Notes: generated from the letters alone by a model not told the origin. A DNA stretch of 64,000 nucleotides from Desulfurella sp. (GCF_049977265.1 NZ_JBMFGQ010000001.1:18556-82555), one strand, 5' to 3'; shown: positions 32,473-41,888, numbered from the stretch's first letter. Made by a program: numbers and translations.

Positions 32473-32835
32473 ATGAAAGATGTTTGGGTAAAAGTTGACC
32501 TTGTAAGTGGTGAGAGCTATATTGGAACGATTGAAAATCTTGAAAGTGACGATCTGCTATCTTTTTTAGATGAGCAAAGCTACTGGGGTATTAAATTAGA
32601 AAATGTAAATACATACAAAGAGGTTGATGGTCAAGTCATAATAAAGCCTCTTGATGCGAAAGATTCGATGTTTGATGGTCGTCTCATAATAATGAGCCCA
32701 GAGCACATTATTACAATTAAGTTTCTTAAAAATGAAAGTGGAATTTTGAATAAATTTAACATTAAAAAACTCAAAATAAAAAAAAATAAACGAAATGTTG
32801 TACCATTTAAATTACTAAAAAAGGAGAATAAATGA
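32473..32835 (+). CDS. hypothetical protein with highly basic C-terminal tail
   Basis: 120 aa. Tightly packed between gatA (3-nt gap) and the SufT-like gene (ATGA overlap). No family recognised. Confidence 0.55.
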   Translation: MKDVWVKVDLVSGESYIGTIENLESDDLLSFLDEQSYWGIKLENVNTYKEVDGQVIIKPLDAKDSMFDGRLIIMSPEHIITIKFLKNESGILNKFNIKKLKIKKNKRNVVPFKLLKKENK

Positions 32836-33134
32836 AACTGACTACAAATGAAATTGTTAAAGCTCTTGAAAATGTATATGATCCAGAATTGGGTTTAGAT
32901 GTTGTATCACTAGGATTTTTATATAATATTAGCATAGACGAAGATAATGTTGTTGTTGTTACAATAACATTGACAGTGCCGGGCTGTCCACTGCATATAC
33001 CTATTACCGAAGATATAAGGGAAAAAATCATGGAACTTGGCGCAAAAGAGGTGTTTGTAGATGTTGTCTGGGACCCACCCTGGAATCCTTCCATGATGAG
33101 CCAAGAGGCTAGAAAGCGACTTTTGGGTGAGTAA
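32832..33134 (+). CDS. DUF59/MIP18-family Fe-S assembly protein (SufT-like)
   Basis: 100 aa. VYDPELGLDVVSLG...TLTVPGCPL motif. Confidence 0.85.
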   Translation: MKLTTNEIVKALENVYDPELGLDVVSLGFLYNISIDEDNVVVVTITLTVPGCPLHIPITEDIREKIMELGAKEVFVDVVWDPPWNPSMMSQEARKRLLGE

Positions 33135-33850
33135 TGAGTATAGGATGTGCTATAATTACTTACAACGAAGAAGACTCTATTGAAAGAGCACTTAAAAGCG
33201 TTGATTTTTGTGACGAGATAGTTATAGTCGATTCATACAGCACAGATAATACTGTAAGTATAGCAAAAAAATATACAGATAAAGTATATTTTAACAAATT
33301 TGTAAATTACGGCGAACAAAAGAATTTTGCTATAGAAAAACTTTCAACCGACTGGATATTGAGTATTGACGCAGATGAAGTCGTTGACCCCTCTTTAAAA
33401 GCAGAAATTCTAAAAGCTATAAAAAATACAAAATTTGATAGTTACTATATAAAAATTCAGCTTGTATTTTTAAATAAAGCTCTTAAGTTTGGTGGTGCAC
33501 AAAACTGGCATTTGAGGCTTTTTAGAAAAGGTCTAAAGTTTAGCAATTCCATAGTGCACGAAAAGGTTATGTCAAAAAACGCTTCGCGCTTAAATGGTAA
33601 GATTTTACACTATAGTTATAAAGATTTAAGTCATTACATTGAAAAACTAAACAAATATACATCTATTTCCGCTACTTTAAATTTAAAAAAAAACTACAAT
33701 GTGCACCCAATTATACGTTTTAATTTAGAGCTTTTTAAAAGATTTATTATTAGAGGTGCCTTTCTGGATGGTTACGAAGGTGTTTTGTATGCACTTCTAT
33801 CAAGTTTTTATCAACTTGTTAAATATGCTAAAGTAAAAGAGCTAAATTAG
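33134..33850 (+). CDS. family 2 glycosyltransferase
   Basis: 238 aa. N-terminus CAIITYNEE...VDSYSTDNT and the DADE motif (SIDADE). Confidence 0.85.
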   Translation: MSIGCAIITYNEEDSIERALKSVDFCDEIVIVDSYSTDNTVSIAKKYTDKVYFNKFVNYGEQKNFAIEKLSTDWILSIDADEVVDPSLKAEILKAIKNTKFDSYYIKIQLVFLNKALKFGGAQNWHLRLFRKGLKFSNSIVHEKVMSKNASRLNGKILHYSYKDLSHYIEKLNKYTSISATLNLKKNYNVHPIIRFNLELFKRFIIRGAFLDGYEGVLYALLSSFYQLVKYAKVKELN

Positions 33851-34608
33851 TGTTTTTGATAATTTTGCTTTGTTTTGTAATTATTATTTTTTTACTCAGG
33901 TACAATTTTTTTCGTTTACCCAAAAAAGGCATTATTATCTTACTATACCATAGTGTTTCTAGTCAAAAATCTAATACAAGCTTAGATAAGTTTAATATTT
34001 CATTAGAGAAGTTTGAAAAACAGATTAAATTTTTAAAAAAGCTTGGATATTCAGCAATAAAAGCTAGCGAAACAGAACATATCTTGCAAAATAAACTTTA
34101 TAATAAAAAAAAGTTTATTCTGGTAACATTTGATGATGGCTACAAAAATAACTTAGAAGCTGCAAAGATTTTAAATAAACATGGTTTTAGTGCCCTTTTT
34201 TTTATATCAAGTGCCTATATTGGTAAAACGCTTGATAATATGCCAATGCTCGATGAAAATGATATTAAATTATTAATTGAATTAGGTATGGAAATTGGCT
34301 CTCATTCTCATTTTCACTTAAAACTTTCTGAATTATCTAAAAATGACATTTTAGAAAATGTGACTCGATCAAAAGAAATATTATCTCAATTTACAAATGT
34401 AGAAGATTTTGCATATCCTTTTGGTAATTATAGTGATGAAGTAATTGACGTTTTAAAAAAAATTGGTTTTAAGCGTGCTTATATTATTGGTCAATCTGTC
34501 AACAATTGTAAGTACAATCCTTACATACTCAAAAGGTCAATCATACGCAAATCCACTAATTATTTAGATTTATACTTAATATTAACACGTGGCCGTTCTA
34601 GAATATAA
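33850..34608 (+). CDS. polysaccharide deacetylase family protein with N-terminal TM helix
   Basis: 252 aa. NodB motifs TFDDGY and SHSHFH. GTG start overlapping the GT2 stop codon. Confidence 0.85.
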   Translation: MFLIILLCFVIIIFLLRYNFFRLPKKGIIILLYHSVSSQKSNTSLDKFNISLEKFEKQIKFLKKLGYSAIKASETEHILQNKLYNKKKFILVTFDDGYKNNLEAAKILNKHGFSALFFISSAYIGKTLDNMPMLDENDIKLLIELGMEIGSHSHFHLKLSELSKNDILENVTRSKEILSQFTNVEDFAYPFGNYSDEVIDVLKKIGFKRAYIIGQSVNNCKYNPYILKRSIIRKSTNYLDLYLILTRGRSRI

Positions 34609-34688
34609 ATTTAATTAATTTTTTCACTTGACATTTATATAAATTTAATATATTTTATATTTAAAGAATTTTTTTTGGGAGGTTTTAT

Positions 34689-35243
34689 ATGGCTGATGGG
34701 AAAATGTCTAACCCAGGTGCAGTTGGGTTGGGTGGATTTGCTTTAACTACGTTTGTTCTAAATTTAGCTAATGCTGGTTTGGTTCCGGCAGCGTTGTTTG
34801 CTGTGCTTCCTTTAGGTTTGTTCTATGGTGGTTTGACGCAGTTTATTGCTGGTTTTTTTGAGTTCAAAACAGGCAATACATTTGGCATGACAGCTTTTAC
34901 TAGTTATGGAGCATTCTGGATTGCACTTGCTTTTTTAATCTATATGGGGCCAATCTGGCATTGGATTCCTGATGCAGCTTTTGGTGCAGCCTTAGGTGTT
35001 ACGCTTGTTGCATGGACTATCTTTACTGCATTTATGACTGCGTTGGTATTTAATACTAAACACACTACCGTTATAACGATTTTTGTTTTATTGCTAATTT
35101 TGTTCATCTTGCTTGATATTGGCCACTATACAGGAAGCCAAGCAATAACTACCTTTGCTGGTTATGAAGGAATCATTACAGCTTTGGCTGCGTGGTATGG
35201 TATGTATGAGGCTATTAAGGCTCAATTTGATTTAACCACATAA
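34689..35243 (+). CDS. satP: GPR1/FUN34/YaaH-family acetate/succinate channel
   Basis: 184 aa. Signature [15 protein letters not shown] and six hydrophobic helices. GGGAGG Shine-Dalgarno. Confidence 0.88.
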   Translation: MADGKMSNPGAVGLGGFALTTFVLNLANAGLVPAALFAVLPLGLFYGGLTQFIAGFFEFKTGNTFGMTAFTSYGAFWIALAFLIYMGPIWHWIPDAAFGAALGVTLVAWTIFTAFMTALVFNTKHTTVITIFVLLLILFILLDIGHYTGSQAITTFAGYEGIITALAAWYGMYEAIKAQFDLTT

Positions 35244-35258
35244 TTAATTAGATTTTGC

Positions 35259-35287
35259 TTGATTAAAATAGCAAGAAGTTGTATAAT
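35259..35287 (+). promoter_or_regulatory. putative promoter of the XRE/cupin regulator gene
   Basis: TTGATT (35259..35264), 17 nt, TATAAT (35282..35287) with a TG two nt upstream. The -10 lies in the loop of the hairpin downstream of satP. Confidence 0.45.
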
Positions 35288-35299
35288 ACTTCTTGCTAT
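35268..35299 (+). terminator. hairpin downstream of satP
   Basis: ATAGCAAGAAGT-TGTATAAT-ACTTCTTGCTAT is a perfect 12-bp stem with an 8-nt loop, followed by TTAGTTT. Confidence 0.55.
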
Positions 35300-35323
35300 T
35301 TAGTTTAGGAGGTATTTGTAAAG

Positions 35324-35866
35324 ATGGAAATGTCAGAAAAAATAAAAGTTCAAAGAAAAAAGAAAGGCTTAACCCTCAAAGCTTTAGCAGAAAAAGTGGG
35401 TTGTACAGATGCTTATATTTCTCAAATAGAAACCGGTAAGGCTATGCCTTCTATTAGTATTTTAAAAAAATTAGCTGAAAGTTTAGATATAGAGGTAAAA
35501 GACTTACTTAGCGATGAAAAGCAACAGGATAAAATATTTTTAACCAAAAATGAGCGTACACAAATCATATATCCTGGTAGCCACGTAAAGGCAGAATTGT
35601 TGGTATCAAAAATCTCTAACAAAATGATGGAGCCTTTGTATAAAATAATTCCAGTCGGTTGTGATTCTCAAGGCGAGCACAGACATAATGGTGAAGAATT
35701 TGGTTACATTTTAAAAGGTAAACTTGAGTTGAGGATTGGCAGTCAAAGTACTGTTTTGGAAGCCGGCGATAGTTTTTATTTTTCATCCCTTTTGCCGCAT
35801 TATTATAAGAATATAGGTGATGTGGACGTAGAAACTATATGGGTTGTTGCGCCACCTGTGCTTTAG
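35324..35866 (+). CDS. XRE-family HTH transcriptional regulator with C-terminal cupin domain
   Basis: 180 aa. HTH KGLTLKALAEKVGCTDAYISQIETGK and a cupin GEHRHNGEEFGYILKG...GDSFYF. Confidence 0.88.
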   Translation: MEMSEKIKVQRKKKGLTLKALAEKVGCTDAYISQIETGKAMPSISILKKLAESLDIEVKDLLSDEKQQDKIFLTKNERTQIIYPGSHVKAELLVSKISNKMMEPLYKIIPVGCDSQGEHRHNGEEFGYILKGKLELRIGSQSTVLEAGDSFYFSSLLPHYYKNIGDVDVETIWVVAPPVL

Positions 35867-36437
35867 TATACATGTGCAGGTATTTGTTATCCTTGCTTAT
35901 TGAATTTGTGAAGTTGAATTTTTTTAAAGAGGGTGGAGGATTCGTCCATATAAGAAGCTTGCCATATTCTTTTGATAATAATTTATAAATTTTTGATTCG
36001 ATTTTACTATCTATCTTCAATCCACGTAGTGTGGCTATGCTAAAAGTATCTTGAGTTTTCATACTTAATATATCTATATTTAAAATTCTTGCTTTAATTG
36101 ATAATTTCATGCATGTATCTCTTAAAAATGCGCATTTTTTAGCATTTGTTTCAACCATTGTTATGCGCAGGCCTGCGCATAAAATGCCTATTATAATCGA
36201 TGGAAAACCATTACCAGAACCTATGTCTAAAAGCTCACCTATTGGATTTTGAATAATCTCAAAAAATAATAGACTGTCCTGTATATGCTTTATTATATCA
36301 AGTTTTTTGGATGTTAAATTTATTGACGCATTCCACTTTTTGAGATTTTCTATATATAAGATTAATTTTTCAAACGTGTCATTTGTGTATAAATCTGTTT
36401 TTTTTAGTAAATTTTCAAGCTGGTTTTGATTGTACAT
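35835..36437 (-). CDS. rsmG: 16S rRNA (guanine527-N7)-methyltransferase
   Basis: 200 aa. SAM motif LLDIGSGNGFP. Follows mnmG. Its 3' end overlaps the convergent XRE gene by 32 nt. Confidence 0.88.
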   Translation of the reverse strand: MYNQNQLENLLKKTDLYTNDTFEKLILYIENLKKWNASINLTSKKLDIIKHIQDSLLFFEIIQNPIGELLDIGSGNGFPSIIIGILCAGLRITMVETNAKKCAFLRDTCMKLSIKARILNIDILSMKTQDTFSIATLRGLKIDSKIESKIYKLLSKEYGKLLIWTNPPPSLKKFNFTNSISKDNKYLHMYTKAQVAQQPI

Positions 36438-38301
36438 TTTTTTTGTGTAAAAATATACTAATTATTTGTATTGCTACAGGTGTCATTCCTGGTATTCTCA
36501 TTGCTTGACCAAGTGTTTTTGGCATAACTTCTTTTAATCTTATTTTGATTTCTGCTGAAAGTCCAGCTACGCTATCGTAGTTAAAATCATCAGGTATAAT
36601 AATATTTTCAAGTTTTTTGAATTTTTCTATTTGTTGTTTTTGTAAATTAATGTAGCCTTCGTATTTAATCTCTATTTCTAATTGTTGTATTTCAATTTCA
36701 TTTAGTATTGGTAAATCAGCAAGTATAGCTTGTAATTTTTTGTAATTCACTTCTGGCCTTGCAAGCAATTTAGATAAATTGACTTTAGTTTTTATTGGCT
36801 GGGTTTCAATCGATGAAAGTTTTTTGTTAAATTCTATAGTTGGCATTACAAACGTTTTTTTCAAACGATTGATTGTTTCATTCATTTTTTGTATATATTC
36901 CGAAAGTTCTTCATAATGTACTTTATCCAGTAAACCATATTTGTATGATTTTTCTGCTAAACGTAAATGTGTATTGTCTTCTCTTAATAGTAATCTGTAT
37001 TCAGCTCTTGATGTAAATATTCGATAAGGTTCTTTAACACCTTTTGTTACAAGATCATCTATCATCACGCCACTATAAGCTTCATCCCTACCGAGTACAA
37101 AAGGTTTTTTTTCAAGTAAATACATAGCGGCATTTATACCTGCTACCATACCTTGTGATGCTGCTTCTTCATAGCCACTTGTGCCGTTAATTTGACCAGC
37201 TAAAAATAATCCTCTAATCTTTTTTGTCTCTAGCGTATGCTTTAGTTGAATAGGATTTACAAAATCATACTCTATTGCATAACCAGGTCTTATAATTTCT
37301 ACATTTTCCAGCCCTTTTATTGTTCTTAGATACTTTACCTGTACTTCGTAATCCAGTGAAGTATTCAGACCATCAGCGTAAATTTCATTTGAGCCCGCAT
37401 CTTGTGGTTCTAAAAATATTTGATGTCTTTCTCTATCTGGAAATTTTACTACTTTATCTTCAATTGATGGACAATACCTTGTGCCTATGCCATGGATCAT
37501 GCCGCTGTAGAGCGGAGATTTGTCCAAATTTTCTCTAATTGCTTCATGCGTTTTTTCGTTTGTGTATGTCAGATAGCATGGATAATTTGAAGGATTAAAG
37601 TTTTTGGTTTTAAATGAAAATGGCATAGGCTCATTGTCTCCCATTTGTGGTTCTAATGCATCAAAATCAATTGTTCGAGCGTCTAGCCTTGGTGTTGTAC
37701 CAGTTTTTAGCCTGCCAATCATAAGACCAGCTTTTGCCAAACTCTCTGATAGTTTATCAGCGGGTGGCTCCCATGCCCTACCAGCGTGAAATTCATTCAA
37801 ACCGATAAATATTTTGCCTTTTAAGAATGTTCCGCTAGCTATAACAATTGCACTGCATTCAAATTCATTGCCTATGTTCGTCACAACGCCTCTTACTTTG
37901 TCGTCTTCTATAATAATTTCATCTACGGTTGCTTGTTTAACTTCTAAATTTTTTTGATGCTCAAGTGTGTGTTTCATTCTCAATCTGTATGCAGGCATGT
38001 CTGCTTGTGCTCTTGATGACCATACCGCTGGACCTTTACTTTTATTTAATAATTTAAATTGTAATCCTGTTTCATCTATATTTCTAGCCATCTCTCCGCC
38101 AAAAATATCCACTTCTTTTACTAAATGTCCTTTTGCTAGTCCGCCAACGGCTGGGTTGCAGCTCATCGCCCCAATACTCTCAACAGAAATAGTAATAAGT
38201 AGCGTACTTAAATTTAGTCTTGCACAAATGAGTGCTGCTTCGCAGCCTGCATGACCTCCGCCAATTACTATACAGTCATATTTTTTCGGATAAATATACA
38301 T
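36415..38301 (-). CDS. mnmG: tRNA uridine 5-carboxymethylaminomethyl modification enzyme MnmG (GidA)
   Basis: 628 aa. FAD motif YDCIVIGGGHAGCEAA and typical GidA sequence throughout. Confidence 0.97.
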   Translation of the reverse strand: MYIYPKKYDCIVIGGGHAGCEAALICARLNLSTLLITISVESIGAMSCNPAVGGLAKGHLVKEVDIFGGEMARNIDETGLQFKLLNKSKGPAVWSSRAQADMPAYRLRMKHTLEHQKNLEVKQATVDEIIIEDDKVRGVVTNIGNEFECSAIVIASGTFLKGKIFIGLNEFHAGRAWEPPADKLSESLAKAGLMIGRLKTGTTPRLDARTIDFDALEPQMGDNEPMPFSFKTKNFNPSNYPCYLTYTNEKTHEAIRENLDKSPLYSGMIHGIGTRYCPSIEDKVVKFPDRERHQIFLEPQDAGSNEIYADGLNTSLDYEVQVKYLRTIKGLENVEIIRPGYAIEYDFVNPIQLKHTLETKKIRGLFLAGQINGTSGYEEAASQGMVAGINAAMYLLEKKPFVLGRDEAYSGVMIDDLVTKGVKEPYRIFTSRAEYRLLLREDNTHLRLAEKSYKYGLLDKVHYEELSEYIQKMNETINRLKKTFVMPTIEFNKKLSSIETQPIKTKVNLSKLLARPEVNYKKLQAILADLPILNEIEIQQLEIEIKYEGYINLQKQQIEKFKKLENIIIPDDFNYDSVAGLSAEIKIRLKEVMPKTLGQAMRIPGMTPVAIQIISIFLHKKNVQSKPA

Positions 38302-38314
38302 TGCTTACCCCTAA

Positions 38315-38330
38315 TGTTCCACGTGGAACA
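38315..38330. promoter_or_regulatory. parS: parS (ParB/Spo0J binding) site
   Basis: TGTTCCACGTGGAACA is a perfect palindrome matching the consensus TGTTNCACGTGNAACA. It lies in the mnmE-mnmG spacer. Confidence 0.8.
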
Positions 38331-38335
38331 TTTTT

Positions 38336-39685
38336 TTACTTTCCAACACAGAAATTTTTAAATACGTTATCTAAAATATCTTCGTTTTCTATTTTACCAA
38401 TAATTTGCTCAATAAAATCTGCTAAAATTTGTAAGTCAATGCTTATCAAAGAAGGATCTAAAAAATTTCTGTATGCTTTTTTTAACTTTTTGGTTTGACT
38501 TAGAGCAGATTTTAGCGCAAACGTTTGACTTGCGTTTAATGATACTATTTCTTCTTCGCTGTAGTTTTCTAACAGGATATTGTAAAGTTTATTTTTTAAT
38601 TCGTCAAGGCCTGTTTTTTTTAGACAGGAAATTTCAACTGTGTCGAATTTGAAAGGATAATTTGAACGTTTTGGTAAATCAGATTTATTTAAGACTACAA
38701 TGACATTCTTTTTGTTATGAATGTAATCAATTATGACATTATCTTCTATATTAAATTCACTACTTGTATCAAAAACAGCAATTAATAAATCAGCGTTTTT
38801 GATTGCATCCTTAGATTTTTCAATGCCTAAAAATTCGATTTTGTTTGAATGCTGTCTTATACCAGCCGTATCTAAGATAGTTAAGGCAATTCCATTTAAA
38901 TTTATGTATTGAGAAACGATATCCGTGGTTGTTCCAGGAATTTCTGTAACAATAGCTCTTTCTTCACCAACCAGCATATTCAACAAGCTTGATTTTCCAA
39001 CATTGGGCTTGCCAATGATAGCTACACTTGCACCCTCAAAAAAAAATTTGCCCTTTGTTGCATATTCCAACAGTTTGTTAATAAGCTGTTCGATATTATT
39101 AAGTATAGAAAGCTTTTTCCCAAGTTCTATATGACTTAATTCTTCATCAGGATGATCTATAATAACTTCATTTTCAGCCATTAAAAATAATATTTTTTCT
39201 CTTAGCTTTTCAATAATGGTAGTATTTTGTTTTAAAAGTTGCCTAAAGGCAATATCAAGCGCTTTTTGTGTTTTTGCTTTAATTAAATTTACAACAGCAT
39301 TCGCCTGAACCAAATCAATTTTATTATTTAAAAAAGCACGTTTGGTAAATTCACCGGGTTGTGCGAGTCTTGCCCCGTTTTGTAAAACCAGCTCAAGAGT
39401 ATTTTTCATAATAAGTAGACCACCATGGCAGTTAATTTCAAAAGAATCTTGTCCTGTGTAGGAAAAAGGAGCTTTAAATACACTCACCAATACTTCATCA
39501 ACTATCTTAGCGTTAGAATCTTTTATAAAACCATGATAAAAACGATTTGCTTCAAAATATTCCTGTTTTGAATAAAATATTTTTTTTAGAAGTTCTAAAG
39601 AGTTTTTTCCGCTTACCCTTATTATACCAATTGCTGACTCTATGTATCCTGTAGCGATTGCGGCAATAATGTCATCATCGTTCAT
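38336..39685 (-). CDS. mnmE: tRNA modification GTPase MnmE (TrmE)
   Basis: 449 aa. G domain GKPNVGKSSLLN, DTAG and NKSD, with a C-terminal CVGK. Confidence 0.96.
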   Translation of the reverse strand: MNDDDIIAAIATGYIESAIGIIRVSGKNSLELLKKIFYSKQEYFEANRFYHGFIKDSNAKIVDEVLVSVFKAPFSYTGQDSFEINCHGGLLIMKNTLELVLQNGARLAQPGEFTKRAFLNNKIDLVQANAVVNLIKAKTQKALDIAFRQLLKQNTTIIEKLREKILFLMAENEVIIDHPDEELSHIELGKKLSILNNIEQLINKLLEYATKGKFFFEGASVAIIGKPNVGKSSLLNMLVGEERAIVTEIPGTTTDIVSQYINLNGIALTILDTAGIRQHSNKIEFLGIEKSKDAIKNADLLIAVFDTSSEFNIEDNVIIDYIHNKKNVIVVLNKSDLPKRSNYPFKFDTVEISCLKKTGLDELKNKLYNILLENYSEEEIVSLNASQTFALKSALSQTKKLKKAYRNFLDPSLISIDLQILADFIEQIIGKIENEDILDNVFKNFCVGK

Positions 39686-41175
39686 TTTGCTTTTGCTTTT
39701 GCTTGAATTATTCTTGTATCAATAAGTTGTTGTATAATTGTAAATACATTGTTTGCAATCCAATACAGGACAAGTCCTGATGGAAAACCCATAAACATAA
39801 TAGTAAATATGATTGGCAAAAATAACATTATTTTTGCCTGCATGGGATCGAGTGTAGAAGGAGAAAGTTTTTGCTGTATGAACATGGTAAGGCCCATTAT
39901 TATTGGTGTAATGTAGTAGGGATCTTTGGCTGATAGGTCGGTTATCCAGAAAATAAATGGCGCATGTCTTAATTCAATAGCATTTAGTAAGACATTGTAT
40001 AGAGCAATAAAGACGGGTATTTGAATAAGTATAGGCAGACAACCACCAAGCGGGTTAACCTTGTGTTTTTTGTATAATTCCATTGTTGATTTATTTAGCA
40101 ATTCGGGCTTTCCTTTGTATTTCAATTGCAACTCTTTTAATTGTGGCTGAAGATTTGCCATTGCTTTCATAGATTTAAATGATTTGTACGTTAGAGGATA
40201 AAAAATTAATCTAATAAAAAATGTTAGCAAAATAATAGCAAGGCCGTAATTGCCAACGATAGAGTAAAGATATTTTAAAACATAAAGGAGCGGCTTTCCA
40301 ATAAAGCCAAACGTTCCAAATCTAACTATTCGATCCAATTTGGGATCATATGCAGATATAATGGAACTAGATTTAGGACCCGCAAATGAGTAGATAGATG
40401 AGTTTGTGTTAAGGTTGACATAAATGTATTTATTAGAATCAATTTCTTTAAAACCGCCAGATAAAAGTGTATTATCGTATAACGCAACACAGAAATATTT
40501 GTCTTCAAGTGCTATCCAAGTCAATTTTTCAATTTGACCGATATCTTTATCTGTTTTAATTTTATCGTTAATTAATGCGACAGCGCCGACATGAGAATCT
40601 TTGCTGGATTTTCCAAAGTTTTCATTTAAAAGAAGTGAATATTTAGCATTTAAGGATTGATCGTTTTTATAAACGTTTGTTTCAAAGACTATACCATAAT
40701 TTTTAAATACGTAACGCTTAATAATTTTTATATCACCCACCGCTTTTGTAAGCAAAACAATAGTTGCACCATTGTGTTTTTTAATATCAACATTATATTG
40801 GCCTTCTAAGGATTTTTTTTGTAGTGCAGAGTCTTCAAATTGGGTATAAAATAAACCAATTTTAGCATTTGGATCAGCGAGATTGATGTATTTATTGTCT
40901 TGTTTGTAGGTTTTCAGTAAAAGATTCTTGATTGTACCGTCTGTTAGTGATATGCTAACGTCTAAATCATTAGAATTGATATTTGCGGTCATATTTTTAT
41001 TATTCTGAATATGTGTATTTTCAATTGAGCTTAGATTTGGTACTAACTTAGTGGTTTGGTTTACAGATTTTATAGAAATGTTTTCAGGTTTTGGCATAAA
41101 AAAGTAGTCATAAAACACAATAATGAGTACTGTTAGTAAAACGGCTATCAAGATTCTTTTTTCGTTTTCTTGCAT
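39682..41175 (-). CDS. yidC: membrane protein insertase YidC
   Basis: 497 aa. N-terminal TM helix, periplasmic domain and a conserved C-terminal 5-TM core ([16 protein letters not shown]). Confidence 0.94.
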   Translation of the reverse strand: MQENEKRILIAVLLTVLIIVFYDYFFMPKPENISIKSVNQTTKLVPNLSSIENTHIQNNKNMTANINSNDLDVSISLTDGTIKNLLLKTYKQDNKYINLADPNAKIGLFYTQFEDSALQKKSLEGQYNVDIKKHNGATIVLLTKAVGDIKIIKRYVFKNYGIVFETNVYKNDQSLNAKYSLLLNENFGKSSKDSHVGAVALINDKIKTDKDIGQIEKLTWIALEDKYFCVALYDNTLLSGGFKEIDSNKYIYVNLNTNSSIYSFAGPKSSSIISAYDPKLDRIVRFGTFGFIGKPLLYVLKYLYSIVGNYGLAIILLTFFIRLIFYPLTYKSFKSMKAMANLQPQLKELQLKYKGKPELLNKSTMELYKKHKVNPLGGCLPILIQIPVFIALYNVLLNAIELRHAPFIFWITDLSAKDPYYITPIIMGLTMFIQQKLSPSTLDPMQAKIMLFLPIIFTIMFMGFPSGLVLYWIANNVFTIIQQLIDTRIIQAKAKAK

Positions 41176-41426
41176 AATTTATTCCTCTTAAATAATGGTT
41201 TTGGTGGGTCAAACCCACCTTTGCTCCAGGGAGCGCACCTTAAAACTCTCCAAACAGACAACAAAAAACCTTCAAAGAAGCCAAATTTTTTTACAGCTTC
41301 GATGGAATAATTCGAACACGTCGGATAAAATCTACAGCTGTTTGGGAAGATAGGTGATATAAATAGCTGATAAAATCTAACTGCCTTAATAAAAAAAACA
41401 CTAAGAATTTTGTTTACTGTCTTCAT
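41148..41426 (-). CDS. yidD: membrane protein insertion efficiency factor YidD
   Basis: 92 aa. [14 protein letters not shown] and RCAPW motifs. Confidence 0.9.
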   Translation of the reverse strand: MKTVNKILSVFFIKAVRFYQLFISPIFPNSCRFYPTCSNYSIEAVKKFGFFEGFLLSVWRVLRCAPWSKGGFDPPKPLFKRNKLCKKTKKES

Positions 41427-41766
41427 ATGTGTAGAACTTATAAAGCAACTTATGAAAAGTATCCAATAACATCTGAAAGTTACTATTTATAATAGGTTTT
41501 CGTGCAACTAATATAATGCTTGTCCCAGGTAGTATAAATTCTTTCGATAATCTAAGAATTTCTCTCATACGACGTTTTGCTTTATTTCTATCTATAGCAT
41601 TACCTATTTTTTTGCTGGCAACAACCGCTACTCTTTTTTTTAAATCTTTATCTTTCTTTAAAAAAATAACAAAAAAATTACAAACATATTTATGCGACTT
41701 GTTGTATAGATATATAAATTCTCCATGCTTATTTATATGCTCAAAATCAAATTTTAAATTGCCAAT
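41401..41766 (-). CDS. rnpA: ribonuclease P protein component
   Basis: Not in the supplied ORF track. My own minus-strand translation is open from 41772 to the TAG at 41403..41401. It reads (I)[72 protein letters not shown]...IILVARKP... and includes the RNR-type basic motif. It sits in the conserved slot between rpmH and yidD. There is no canonical start, so ATT at 41766 is proposed. Confidence 0.8.
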   Translation of the reverse strand: MGNLKFDFEHINKHGEFIYLYNKSHKYVCNFFVIFLKKDKDLKKRVAVVASKKIGNAIDRNKAKRRMREILRLSKEFILPGTSIILVARKPIINSNFQMLLDTFHKLLYKFYTYEDSKQNS

Positions 41767-41888
41767 CGCTTTCTACCCTTTGCCCTTCTTCTTGACAAAA
41801 CTTGTCTACCATTTGCAGTTTTCATTCTTACTCTAAAGCCATGGGTTCTTTTTTTTGGCGTATTATGTGGTTGAAATGTCCTTTTCAT
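41754..41888 (-). CDS. rpmH: 50S ribosomal protein L34
   Basis: [44 protein letters not shown], 44 aa. The ATG at 41888 is preceded by AGGAGGT; the ORF-track extension to 41942 is spurious. Confidence 0.96.
   Translation of the reverse strand: MKRTFQPHNTPKKRTHGFRVRMKTANGRQVLSRRRAKGRKRLAI

Noticed and set aside
38313-38339. 20-bp palindrome plus T7 run read as an intrinsic terminator
   Set aside because: The T-run follows the hairpin only on the plus strand, where there is no upstream gene. The exact match to the parS consensus is a better explanation.
41634-41666. Apparent frameshift in rnpA at homopolymer runs (T8 at 41634..41641, A7 at 41660..41666 on the plus strand)
   Set aside because: My first pass miscounted the A/T run and produced a stop. 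Recounting the bases shows the frame is continuous, so there is no evidence for a pseudogene or programmed frameshift.
41516-41836. 106-aa plus-strand ORF from the ORF track
   Set aside because: It is antisense to a clear rnpA reading frame and to the 3' end of rpmH. It is hydrophobic and low-complexity, has no Shine-Dalgarno and resembles no family.
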